From Fidelibacterota bacterium TCS55 (GTDB lineage Bacteria; Fidelibacterota; Marinisomatia; Marinisomatales; TCS55): a stretch of 57,820 nt of DNA. The notes beneath the pieces are model-generated. The model was not told where the DNA came from, ran no database searches, and saw nothing but the letters and a program-made list of their open reading frames with translations. Positions within the stretch are counted from its first letter, which is position 1. Each line of letters begins with the position of its first letter. This document shows positions 1 to 7,211 of this stretch, one piece after another. The position numbers and the translations under genes were made by a program. The DNA lies in the NCBI GenBank assembly GCA_905182385.1, contig CAJJBS010000016.1, positions 1 through 57,820 of the forward strand, written 5' to 3'.

Positions 1-144
1 TAATTAGAGGTGTTCCAATTTGGTGTGTTCCAAATGACAATATATGGCATAGTATGAATCCATTTTGTCAGATTGCTAATACAAGTATTAACATCTTAAC
101 TTTGTATAACAAATTATACTTAACCGACAAAGGATTGAGGACAA

Positions 145-495
145 ATGGACGGATTTACAATCTATCATAACCCACGCTGAGGCAAGAGTAGGAAAGCACT
201 CCAACTATTGCGTGACAATGGTATTGAACCAAAAATAATTGAATATTTAAAGACTCCTCCTTCTTTCAATGAACTTGAGAAGATTTCTAAATTATTAGAT
301 AAACGGCCTTCAGATTTCACTAGAAAAGGAGAGTCAGAGTTTAAAGATAATCAATTAGTTGATTTGATAGATAAAGATCAAGAGATGATCAATGCGATGA
401 TAAAATATCCAAAAATAATTGAAAGGCCAATTGTTGTTAAAGGCCAGAAGGCAGTAATTGGAAGACCACCGGAAAACATAATGGAACTATTATAA
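145..495 (+). CDS. arsC: Glutaredoxin-type arsenate reductase (ArsC family) with an in-frame TGA (178-180) at the catalytic-Cys position; candidate selenoprotein
   Basis: ATG at 145 lies 4 nt after GAGG (137-140). The translation MDGFTIYHNPR-[TGA]-GKSRKALQLLRDNGIEPKIIEYLKTPP... is colinear with E. coli R773 ArsC (ITIYHNPACGTSRNTLEMIRNSGTEP...), so the TGA falls on Cys12. The Arg-triad contexts are kept (FTRKG, IERPIV, IGRPPE). The ORF track only reports the part from TTG 208, which is in the same frame. Confidence 0.7.
182..222 (+). promoter_or_regulatory. Candidate SECIS-like hairpin(s) just downstream of the in-frame TGA
   Basis: There are two mutually exclusive folds. (a) 204-210 ACTATTG pairs with 216-222 CAATGGT (7 bp including one G-U), with a 5-nt loop CGUGA about 33 nt after the UGA. 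(b) 182-189 pairs with 198-201 and 208-211, with an 8-nt loop AGGAAAGC. Both were hand-folded only. Confidence 0.35.
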
Positions 496-981
496 ATGTC
501 AGTAAAAATATTTATTACAGGTGGAACCTTTGATAAGGAATATGATGAAATTAATGGAAAATTATTTTTTAAAGATACTCATATGCGAGAGATGCTTGAT
601 TTAGGTCGAGCTAAAATTGATGTAAAGATTAGAACGTTAATGATGATCGATAGTTTAGAGATGTCAAAAGAAGACAGAAATCTGATTGTTGAAAATTGTA
701 GAAATTCAGAAGAAGAACAAATTATTATTACGCACGGTACTGACACCATGGCAGAAACAGGAAAGATAATCGCAAAATCAAAACTTAATAAAACAATAGT
801 ATTAACAGGCGCAATGATTCCTTATAAATTTGGGAGCTCTGATGGTTTATTTAATTTAGGAAGTGCGCTTGGGTTTGTTCAAAGTCTTCCACCTGGAGTC
901 TATATTGCAATGAATGGACGATGTTTTGATTATGATAAAGTTAGGAAGAATAAAGAAACTGGAATTTTTGAAATCCACTAA
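496..981 (+). CDS. Stand-alone asparaginase N-terminal-domain protein (asparaginase/glutaminase family)
   Basis: 161 aa. Motifs ITGGTFD (Thr nucleophile loop), THGTDTM and VLTGAMIPY are present. The ATG directly abuts the arsC stop (TAAATG). No asparaginase C-terminal domain is encoded. Confidence 0.75.
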   Translation: MSVKIFITGGTFDKEYDEINGKLFFKDTHMREMLDLGRAKIDVKIRTLMMIDSLEMSKEDRNLIVENCRNSEEEQIIITHGTDTMAETGKIIAKSKLNKTIVLTGAMIPYKFGSSDGLFNLGSALGFVQSLPPGVYIAMNGRCFDYDKVRKNKETGIFEIH

Positions 982-983
982 TT

Positions 984-2342
984 TTATTTATCTATTTCCC
1001 AATCAATGATTATCATTTCAGTTTGTCTTGGGTCAATGTATTCACAAGTTTGTCCATCAAAAAAAGCATCTTCTTCAAGCTGAATAGCAACTTCTTTCCC
1101 CCACGATTTAATAAAGACTTTTGCATTTAATTCAATAGAATAAGCTGTATTTGGGTATAAAGGATAATCTCCATTTACAGGGACACCTTCTTGTTTATCC
1201 CACATCCCAATAGTAGGCCCTGAGCCATGTCCATAGTAGCCTATTGGATGTGTATAAATTTGAGGATTAATACCTTCTGATTTTGCTTGCTCTAAAGCTG
1301 ATAAAAGCATTTGATTCCCTGTGCGACCAGTTTTGAATTGATTCGTTAGAATATCTTGAAGTCTATTTCCTGTTGCCAATGCTTGACTTAATTCATTTGG
1401 AACAGTATTCTCGCCTGGCATTAGTACATAAGAATGTTGTTGTGTGTCCGTATTTAAACTTAGGTAAGTTATCCCAAAATCAACGTGTAGTAGGTCTCCC
1501 GGGAGGACCGTATTATCTGGTTTAGCATTTGAAAAAGATTCTAAAAAATCAAAACTTTGTTTATCTCCACGCTGGATACTAACTGAAGGGTGAAACCATG
1601 TTACAAAATTTAGTTCTCTAATTCTATCGCGATACCACCATACAATATCATCTGTTGTAGTTACCCCTGGTTTAATAACCTTAGCTGAGAATCCTTCTTT
1701 AATTATGTCGTGCGCTATGCGACAAATTTCAGGATAAATTTCCATTTCTTTTTCACTGCGCGTTTCAAGCCATCCAACAGCTACGTTATTTGCACTTACT
1801 ATTCTCTTTTGGTATTTTCGAGGCAAGGCTTTATTTAACAAATCATACTCCATTGAAGTAAGGCCATCCGCTTGTGCAAAAAACTCACTTTTATTTATAC
1901 CAATCTTTTTAGGAGCTTTTTGTTTAATAAGATCTGCAAGAGCTTTGTATTGGTCAGGTTGAACTTCGGGGTCCCAAGATTTTTTAAAAACTTCACCTAC
2001 ATCATAACGAGCAACAGCATATGTTTCTAATGGTTTTTTATTGCCGGGATCAAATATAACCAATATTGTTCGTCGCCGGGCATTAAGCCATGTCGCAGGA
2101 AGCATGGTTTTAATAACTGGATCTTCATTGTATTCTCGTGCAATAATTAACCACATATCCATATTATTACGACGCATAATCTCAGGCAATACAGTTTCAA
2201 ATCTATCCTTTAGTAAGGCATCGCGAATTTTAGCTCGTTCTCGCATTGGAAGAATATCCTTTGCAAGCTCATCTCCAAATAGTTGCAAAGGGAGTATAAA
2301 AAAGGAAGCTAATAATAGTTTATTAAACTGTTTCATAATCAT
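984..2342 (-). CDS. Exported M24-family peptidase (Xaa-Pro aminopeptidase/creatinase-like)
   Basis: 452 aa with a hydrophobic N-terminal leader (LLLASFFILPLQLFG). The C-terminal region has pita-bread-fold-like motifs (VDFGITY, HPIGYYGHGSGPTIG, SIELNA). Confidence 0.75.
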   Translation of the reverse strand: MIMKQFNKLLLASFFILPLQLFGDELAKDILPMRERAKIRDALLKDRFETVLPEIMRRNNMDMWLIIAREYNEDPVIKTMLPATWLNARRRTILVIFDPGNKKPLETYAVARYDVGEVFKKSWDPEVQPDQYKALADLIKQKAPKKIGINKSEFFAQADGLTSMEYDLLNKALPRKYQKRIVSANNVAVGWLETRSEKEMEIYPEICRIAHDIIKEGFSAKVIKPGVTTTDDIVWWYRDRIRELNFVTWFHPSVSIQRGDKQSFDFLESFSNAKPDNTVLPGDLLHVDFGITYLSLNTDTQQHSYVLMPGENTVPNELSQALATGNRLQDILTNQFKTGRTGNQMLLSALEQAKSEGINPQIYTHPIGYYGHGSGPTIGMWDKQEGVPVNGDYPLYPNTAYSIELNAKVFIKSWGKEVAIQLEEDAFFDGQTCEYIDPRQTEMIIIDWEIDK

Positions 2343-2458
2343 TACCTCTAGGTAGTATTTTTCTTTAGAAATGAAGGAACGTAAGTTTGGACTAACAGAT
2401 AAGTAAGTGCAAATGAAAAACTACTTAATTATAACAAGTATATTTGAAGGAACGTTGA

Positions 2459-3553
2459 ATGAACTTTTCTTGTAGTGTTTGCAATAATATTTACGATTCT
2501 CCAAAAGTGCCTATTTGGCTTTGTGGCTGTGGTAAGCCCTTAGTTGTTAATTATAACTGGGAAAACAAAGTTAAATCAATTGATATAATAGAAGACGAAC
2601 TATCTCTTTGGCGATATAAAAGTGTTTTACCAGAAGTTGAAACAAAAATTTCTTTGGGAGAAGGCCATACGCCACTAATCCCAATTAGTAAAAATGTTTA
2701 TGTAAAAGATGAAACTGTAAACCCTACCGGATCTTTTAAAGATAGAGGGATGGCTTTAGCGGTTACAATGGCAAAAGCACAAGGGGTCAAAACTATTTGC
2801 CTTCCTTCTGCAGGAAATGCTGGAATATCAGCTGCCGCATACTGCGAAGCTGCAGAAATTGAATGTAATGTTTTTTTACCAGAAACCATTCCTGAAGCTT
2901 TTAAAAAAGAAACGGAGAAGTATAGTGCAAACCTAACTTTGAGTGGAAATACCATTTCTGACGCAGCTAAGTATATGCTTAATAATAAAGAAGATGAATG
3001 GTTTGATATCTCCACTTTAAAAGAACCTTTTAGAGTTGAAGGAAAAAAAACTTTAGGGTATGAAATTGCAGAGCAGCTAGGGTGGAAATTTCCTGATGTG
3101 GTTGTTTATGAAACTGGTGGAGGAACAGGTTTAATAGGCATGTGGAAAGCTTTCCAAGAAATGCAAGGAATGGGTTGGGTTAAAGGGACGTTGCCACGAA
3201 TGGTAGCAGCGCAATCTGATGGATGTGCTCCTGTGGTCAAGGCTTTTCAAGAAATGAAAAAAGATACAGAATTTTGGGAAAACAGCCATACCATAGCATT
3301 AGGCCTTAATGTACCAGGGCCATTAGGAGGAAAATGGATTTTGGATGTTTTATCGCAAAGCAATGGTATCGCGATCTCTATTCCTGAAGAAGATTTGCTA
3401 GCATCAACAAAAGACATGAATGACATCACGGGTATAAACTCAAGCGCTGAAGCTGGTGTAGTTTGGTCTGCATATAATACCTTATTAAAAATGGATTGGA
3501 TAAGCAATCAGGAGAGTGTTGTTTTATTTGCCACTGGTATAGAGCGTTGCTAA
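2459..3553 (+). CDS. thrC: Threonine synthase (short form, PLP fold type II)
   Basis: 364 aa with an N-terminal Cys ribbon (CSVCNN..CGCG), the PLP-lysine motif NPTGSFKDRG and the glycine loop ETGGGTG. Confidence 0.75.
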   Translation: MNFSCSVCNNIYDSPKVPIWLCGCGKPLVVNYNWENKVKSIDIIEDELSLWRYKSVLPEVETKISLGEGHTPLIPISKNVYVKDETVNPTGSFKDRGMALAVTMAKAQGVKTICLPSAGNAGISAAAYCEAAEIECNVFLPETIPEAFKKETEKYSANLTLSGNTISDAAKYMLNNKEDEWFDISTLKEPFRVEGKKTLGYEIAEQLGWKFPDVVVYETGGGTGLIGMWKAFQEMQGMGWVKGTLPRMVAAQSDGCAPVVKAFQEMKKDTEFWENSHTIALGLNVPGPLGGKWILDVLSQSNGIAISIPEEDLLASTKDMNDITGINSSAEAGVVWSAYNTLLKMDWISNQESVVLFATGIERC

Positions 3554-3580
3554 ATTAATGAACCTTTAAGAAATAAGATT

Positions 3581-4663
3581 ATGAAGAACCAGATTAAAAA
3601 TACTCATATTATATTCTTGAGCTTATTATTTTTTGCATGCGAACCAATTGCTACAGAATTTGACGATATTGAAGCTGCTGTTGAGTATGAATCAGGGAAC
3701 TTGAAGGAATTTGGTCCAAAAAAAACCATAAAAGTAATGACCTGGAATATTCGATTTGGTGTTGCTCGATTACGATTTTTTGGAGATGGTTGCGGAGACA
3801 AGGTTATTATGACAAAGTCAGAAGTGACAACAGGTCTCAAGGGCTTAGCAGCAAAGATAATAGCTGAAGACCCTGATATATTATTATTGCAAGAGGTTGA
3901 TGTTCAGTCTAAAAAAACTGCCTACATAGATCAAGCTCAATGGTTATTAGATAACACGGACATGAACTATGGAGCCTATGGCTCAATGTGGCAAGCGCAG
4001 GCAATCCTTGCTGATGGCCTTGGAAGAGTTAATACAGGCAACCTAATTCTTTCTAAATGGAAATTAGAAAATGCTGAGAGGATTCAGCTTCCATTAAGAG
4101 GTGATCAGGATGGACTTACAAAATATTTTTATCTTCGAAGAAACGTACTAAAAGCCTTAGTAGATATGCCTGGTAATAAATTTTATGCTGTGAATACTCA
4201 CCTTACTGCATTTGCTACAGATGATACAAAACAAAAACATATTACGGGTTTTAAAAGTGTTCTTGATAATATTGCTGCTGAAGGGAAACATTTTGTTGCT
4301 GGTGGCGATCTTAATGAGCTCCCACCGAATGCTTTAAAGACAGATTATTGTATTGAAGATCAGTGTAGTAATGAGTCCTATCATACTGGCGGAGACACTG
4401 AGCATAAAGAAGGAGCCTATTTTACTCCTGAGATTACATGGCTAAATCCATTTTATAATACATATTCTCCCGCAATAACTCTTTTAGATTATGAAGACAA
4501 CGAGTCCGATCATTTTACCCATAGTCCTGATAATAATTTAAAATTAGATCGAAAACTAGACTATCTCTGGACTAATACAGAATGGATAAGCTCAAAAACA
4601 CATAAGGAAGCGACCAAGCTTTCAGACCACATTCCCGTAAGTGCCGTCTGGGAGATTAAATGA
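3581..4663 (+). CDS. Endonuclease/exonuclease/phosphatase (EEP) family lipoprotein
   Basis: 360 aa with a lipobox-like LLFFAC. EEP motifs are present: MTWNIRFG, LLLQEV, NTHL, GGDLN, SDHIPV. Confidence 0.75.
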   Translation: MKNQIKNTHIIFLSLLFFACEPIATEFDDIEAAVEYESGNLKEFGPKKTIKVMTWNIRFGVARLRFFGDGCGDKVIMTKSEVTTGLKGLAAKIIAEDPDILLLQEVDVQSKKTAYIDQAQWLLDNTDMNYGAYGSMWQAQAILADGLGRVNTGNLILSKWKLENAERIQLPLRGDQDGLTKYFYLRRNVLKALVDMPGNKFYAVNTHLTAFATDDTKQKHITGFKSVLDNIAAEGKHFVAGGDLNELPPNALKTDYCIEDQCSNESYHTGGDTEHKEGAYFTPEITWLNPFYNTYSPAITLLDYEDNESDHFTHSPDNNLKLDRKLDYLWTNTEWISSKTHKEATKLSDHIPVSAVWEIK

Positions 4664-5415
4664 AATTTTTTACTATCCTTTTATTTTTAGGAAGCTTAAC
4701 AGCACAGTGGACGAGTGGCTCTGCAAACCTAATTAAGCCAGGGAGAAAAGAAATTGGTTTATTTTCACCTATTTATATTGGTTTAAGTAATGGAAAAGAA
4801 GTCAGTGTAAATAAATTTTTACTTATGCCAAACGTCTCTCTTAAGCAGGAGCGCTCGATGATTGGTGAATGGAAAATAGCACAAAAAGTTCAAGTTGAAT
4901 ATCCGACAATAGGACTTAAATGGCTTCAAAGTCCTCTAGGAATGGAATTAGGTGAGCCAAACATGTTTGCTTTAATTTCACCCCAATTTAATATTCCACA
5001 AATGATCGCAGTTTATGGAGAGTTAATTGGTAGTAGAGGAACAGAAAAAACAGGCAGGATTACTATTCGAGGTGGAGGGGCTTTATCACTTGGTAAAAAG
5101 ATGTCAGAAGATGCGACAATAGACCTCCCTATTATTTATCCTCGTCTTTCAGTTTATTATAATGGCTCAGCTCTAAAAGTCGGTGGTGAATATTACCGTC
5201 AAGCAAAAGACCACTGGTCTTATTTAATTGATTATGACATGTTCTTAATGCCTGGAGGAAGAGGTCGTTATTCTTTTGAACATAAAGGGCTGTTAATCTG
5301 GTCAAAAAGTGAAAAATTTCGAATATTAACCGGTTACAAGCTCATTGCGGGTGAATACCCATTTGGCTCACAAGCTCATTTATTACCAGCGCTCGATATT
5401 CAATTTGGCTGGTAG
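4660..5415 (+). CDS. Hypothetical exported protein, possible outer-membrane beta-barrel
   Basis: 251 aa. The start overlaps the upstream stop (ATGA). It has a signal peptide (MKFFTILLFLGSLTAQ) and a beta-rich sequence ending in an aromatic residue (..LDIQFGW). I recognise no family. Confidence 0.5.
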   Translation: MKFFTILLFLGSLTAQWTSGSANLIKPGRKEIGLFSPIYIGLSNGKEVSVNKFLLMPNVSLKQERSMIGEWKIAQKVQVEYPTIGLKWLQSPLGMELGEPNMFALISPQFNIPQMIAVYGELIGSRGTEKTGRITIRGGGALSLGKKMSEDATIDLPIIYPRLSVYYNGSALKVGGEYYRQAKDHWSYLIDYDMFLMPGGRGRYSFEHKGLLIWSKSEKFRILTGYKLIAGEYPFGSQAHLLPALDIQFGW

Positions 5416-5431
5416 TCTTTTCAGGTTTTTT

Positions 5432-6988
5432 ATGATTACTTTATTAATTACCATCACCTTGATGGGTCAATCAAACTTGCCAGAAAACAATTTAGTTAAT
5501 GAACTTGGCTGTGGAAATTGCCATAGCGGGGTTAAAAATTCGTCTCTTATTAAAAAGAAGGCCCCCGACTTAAGTTATTCAGGATTAAAATATAACGAAG
5601 CTTATGTTTATGATTATTTAAAATCACCTCAAACAGTTAGGCAGCACATTGGTAATTCAAGAATGCCAAATTTTAATTTTTCAGATGATGAAGCGTATGC
5701 CCTAACACTTTATCTTATGAGTAAAACTTCTTTGCCTAAAGGGCGCAAGCTAAAAAAACGAAAGTATCAAAGCACAGATAATACATTTGAACTTATAAAT
5801 ACAGAATATCAGTGCACTGCTTGTCATAGCTTAAATGGTTCCGGCGTAAATAGATCGATTGATCTTTCCATAGCAGGTAGGAGGTTAAATCCAGAGTGGT
5901 TATTTGATATTATTTTAAAACCATCTGCTTATGTCCCAAGAGCATCACCCATGCCAACTTTCTTTAATGAAAATGAAGAAGCCTATGAGAAGATTTCTGA
6001 AATAGTTGGTTATTTAAATAATTTAGATAAGCCAAACTTGAAGAAGCTTAATTCAAATTATAAAAAAGTTTCAAAGGTAAATGCAATAGTTACAGCTGAA
6101 ATGGGTCAAAATATATTTCTATCACAAAATTGTATTTCTTGTCACAAAATGGATAGCGAAGAGTCCTGGTTTATTAACCATAATGCCCCAGACCTTAGTG
6201 CTCAAAAAATGAAAACTAAAACTGAATGGTTACTTAGTTATCTTAATGAGCCTTCTCCTATTAGACCAAACGGTTATTTTCCAGGTACTGGGAGTCGGAT
6301 GCCAAATTTTAATTTGAGTCAAAATGAAATTGAAAAGATTATGAAATGGCTAGGGTCGGCATCTTTAAAAACAAAACTAGAGCCAATCTCGGCTTTTCAA
6401 TCGCGTAAAGTAGAGCGACTACTAAATGATTACTTACCTTGTTTAGGCTGTCATGAATTAAATGGTAAGGGTGGTCAAATAGGACCAAGTTTATCAAATT
6501 CAGGTAATCGATTATTTGATGGATATATTAAAATGGGTATTCAAGTACCGCACATGGTTATGCCTGAAAGTATTATGCCAAAAACAGCGATGGACCCAAA
6601 GCTCATGCCTCTTCTTCAATCTTACTTCTCCAATGCAATAAGTGAAGAAAAAAATGAATATTTAAATTTAATCGAATATAAACCGTACCCAATTTCAAAT
6701 CAATATTCTTCAACTTGCGCTCCTTGTCACGGTCTCAAAGGACGAGGGGATGGTTTTAATGCGGAATTCTTACGAGTCCCTCCGGGTAATTTAGCAGATG
6801 GTAAAATAATTGGACAAAGAGCAGATGATACTTTATTTGAAACAATATATGGTGGTGGTAGAATAATGAACAAAAGTCATTTTATGCCAGCCTGGGGAGA
6901 AAAGCTTAGTCGAGAAGAAATTGTAAATCAGGTATCACAAATAAGAAAATTTTGTGATTGTAGTCCGCCAGAATGGTCAAAAAATTAA
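5432..6988 (+). CDS. Five-domain (pentaheme) class-I-type c-type cytochrome, exported
   Basis: There are five CxxCH motifs (CGNCH, CTACH, CISCH, CLGCH, CAPCH). Each is followed by a Met-Pro motif (SRMPNF, SPMPTF, SRMPNF, SIMPKT, HFMPAW), consistent with His/Met ligation. I prefer ATG 5432 (MITLLITITLMGQ leader) over the track's TTG 5345, which would overlap the previous gene by 71 nt. Confidence 0.85.
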   Translation: MITLLITITLMGQSNLPENNLVNELGCGNCHSGVKNSSLIKKKAPDLSYSGLKYNEAYVYDYLKSPQTVRQHIGNSRMPNFNFSDDEAYALTLYLMSKTSLPKGRKLKKRKYQSTDNTFELINTEYQCTACHSLNGSGVNRSIDLSIAGRRLNPEWLFDIILKPSAYVPRASPMPTFFNENEEAYEKISEIVGYLNNLDKPNLKKLNSNYKKVSKVNAIVTAEMGQNIFLSQNCISCHKMDSEESWFINHNAPDLSAQKMKTKTEWLLSYLNEPSPIRPNGYFPGTGSRMPNFNLSQNEIEKIMKWLGSASLKTKLEPISAFQSRKVERLLNDYLPCLGCHELNGKGGQIGPSLSNSGNRLFDGYIKMGIQVPHMVMPESIMPKTAMDPKLMPLLQSYFSNAISEEKNEYLNLIEYKPYPISNQYSSTCAPCHGLKGRGDGFNAEFLRVPPGNLADGKIIGQRADDTLFETIYGGGRIMNKSHFMPAWGEKLSREEIVNQVSQIRKFCDCSPPEWSKN

Positions 6989-7211
6989 ACTAAGGTTTTG
7001 CTGAAAAGACTTTGGTTTATAACCGTAAAGCTCTCTTAGGAAAGAGGAAATGTATTTCTTGAATTGAAAAAAATGAACGAGCAGTTGACCATATATATAT
7101 TTTTTAAAAATCGTCAAAAAAGTTTTTTAACTGAAAAGGCCATTTTAAAATAAAAGTTTTGTATATTCGAGACCAATTTAAGTACACGATGAATTATAGG
7201 AGGTATTACAA

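Noticed and set aside
178-180. The TGA might be a sense codon through a reassigned genetic code (code 4 Trp or code 25 Gly).
   Set aside because: TGA clearly terminates well-conserved genes in this window (EEP gene at 4661-4663, ruvB at 23986-23988, lpxC/fabZ at 55240-55242, HppA at 31512-31514). The position also aligns to a catalytic Cys, not to Trp or Gly.
2371-2406. A possible leader peptide or attenuator upstream of thrC: the mini-ORF MKERKFGLTDK, plus an 11-nt direct repeat TGAAGGAACGT at 2372-2382 and 2445-2455.
   Set aside because: The mini-ORF has only one Thr and no Ile or Thr run, and I could not find alternative terminator/antiterminator hairpins. The repeat is essentially a duplicated RBS-like GAAGGA context, so the evidence is insufficient.
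2041-3840. Track ORFs 2041-2355(+), 2698-3015(-), 3247-3507(-) and 3604-3840(-).
   Set aside because: They lie antisense to, or out of frame within, confidently identified genes (M24 peptidase, thrC, EEP). Their sequences are low-complexity with no motifs or RBS, so they are shadow ORFs.
5345-5431. The track start (TTG 5345) for the cytochrome gene, and likewise GTG 9310 for the second propeller gene.
   Set aside because: Both would add non-signal-like N-terminal extensions, and TTG 5345 would overlap the upstream gene by 71 nt. The downstream ATGs (5432, 9337) give proper signal peptides, and ATG 9337 has a GGAG RBS.
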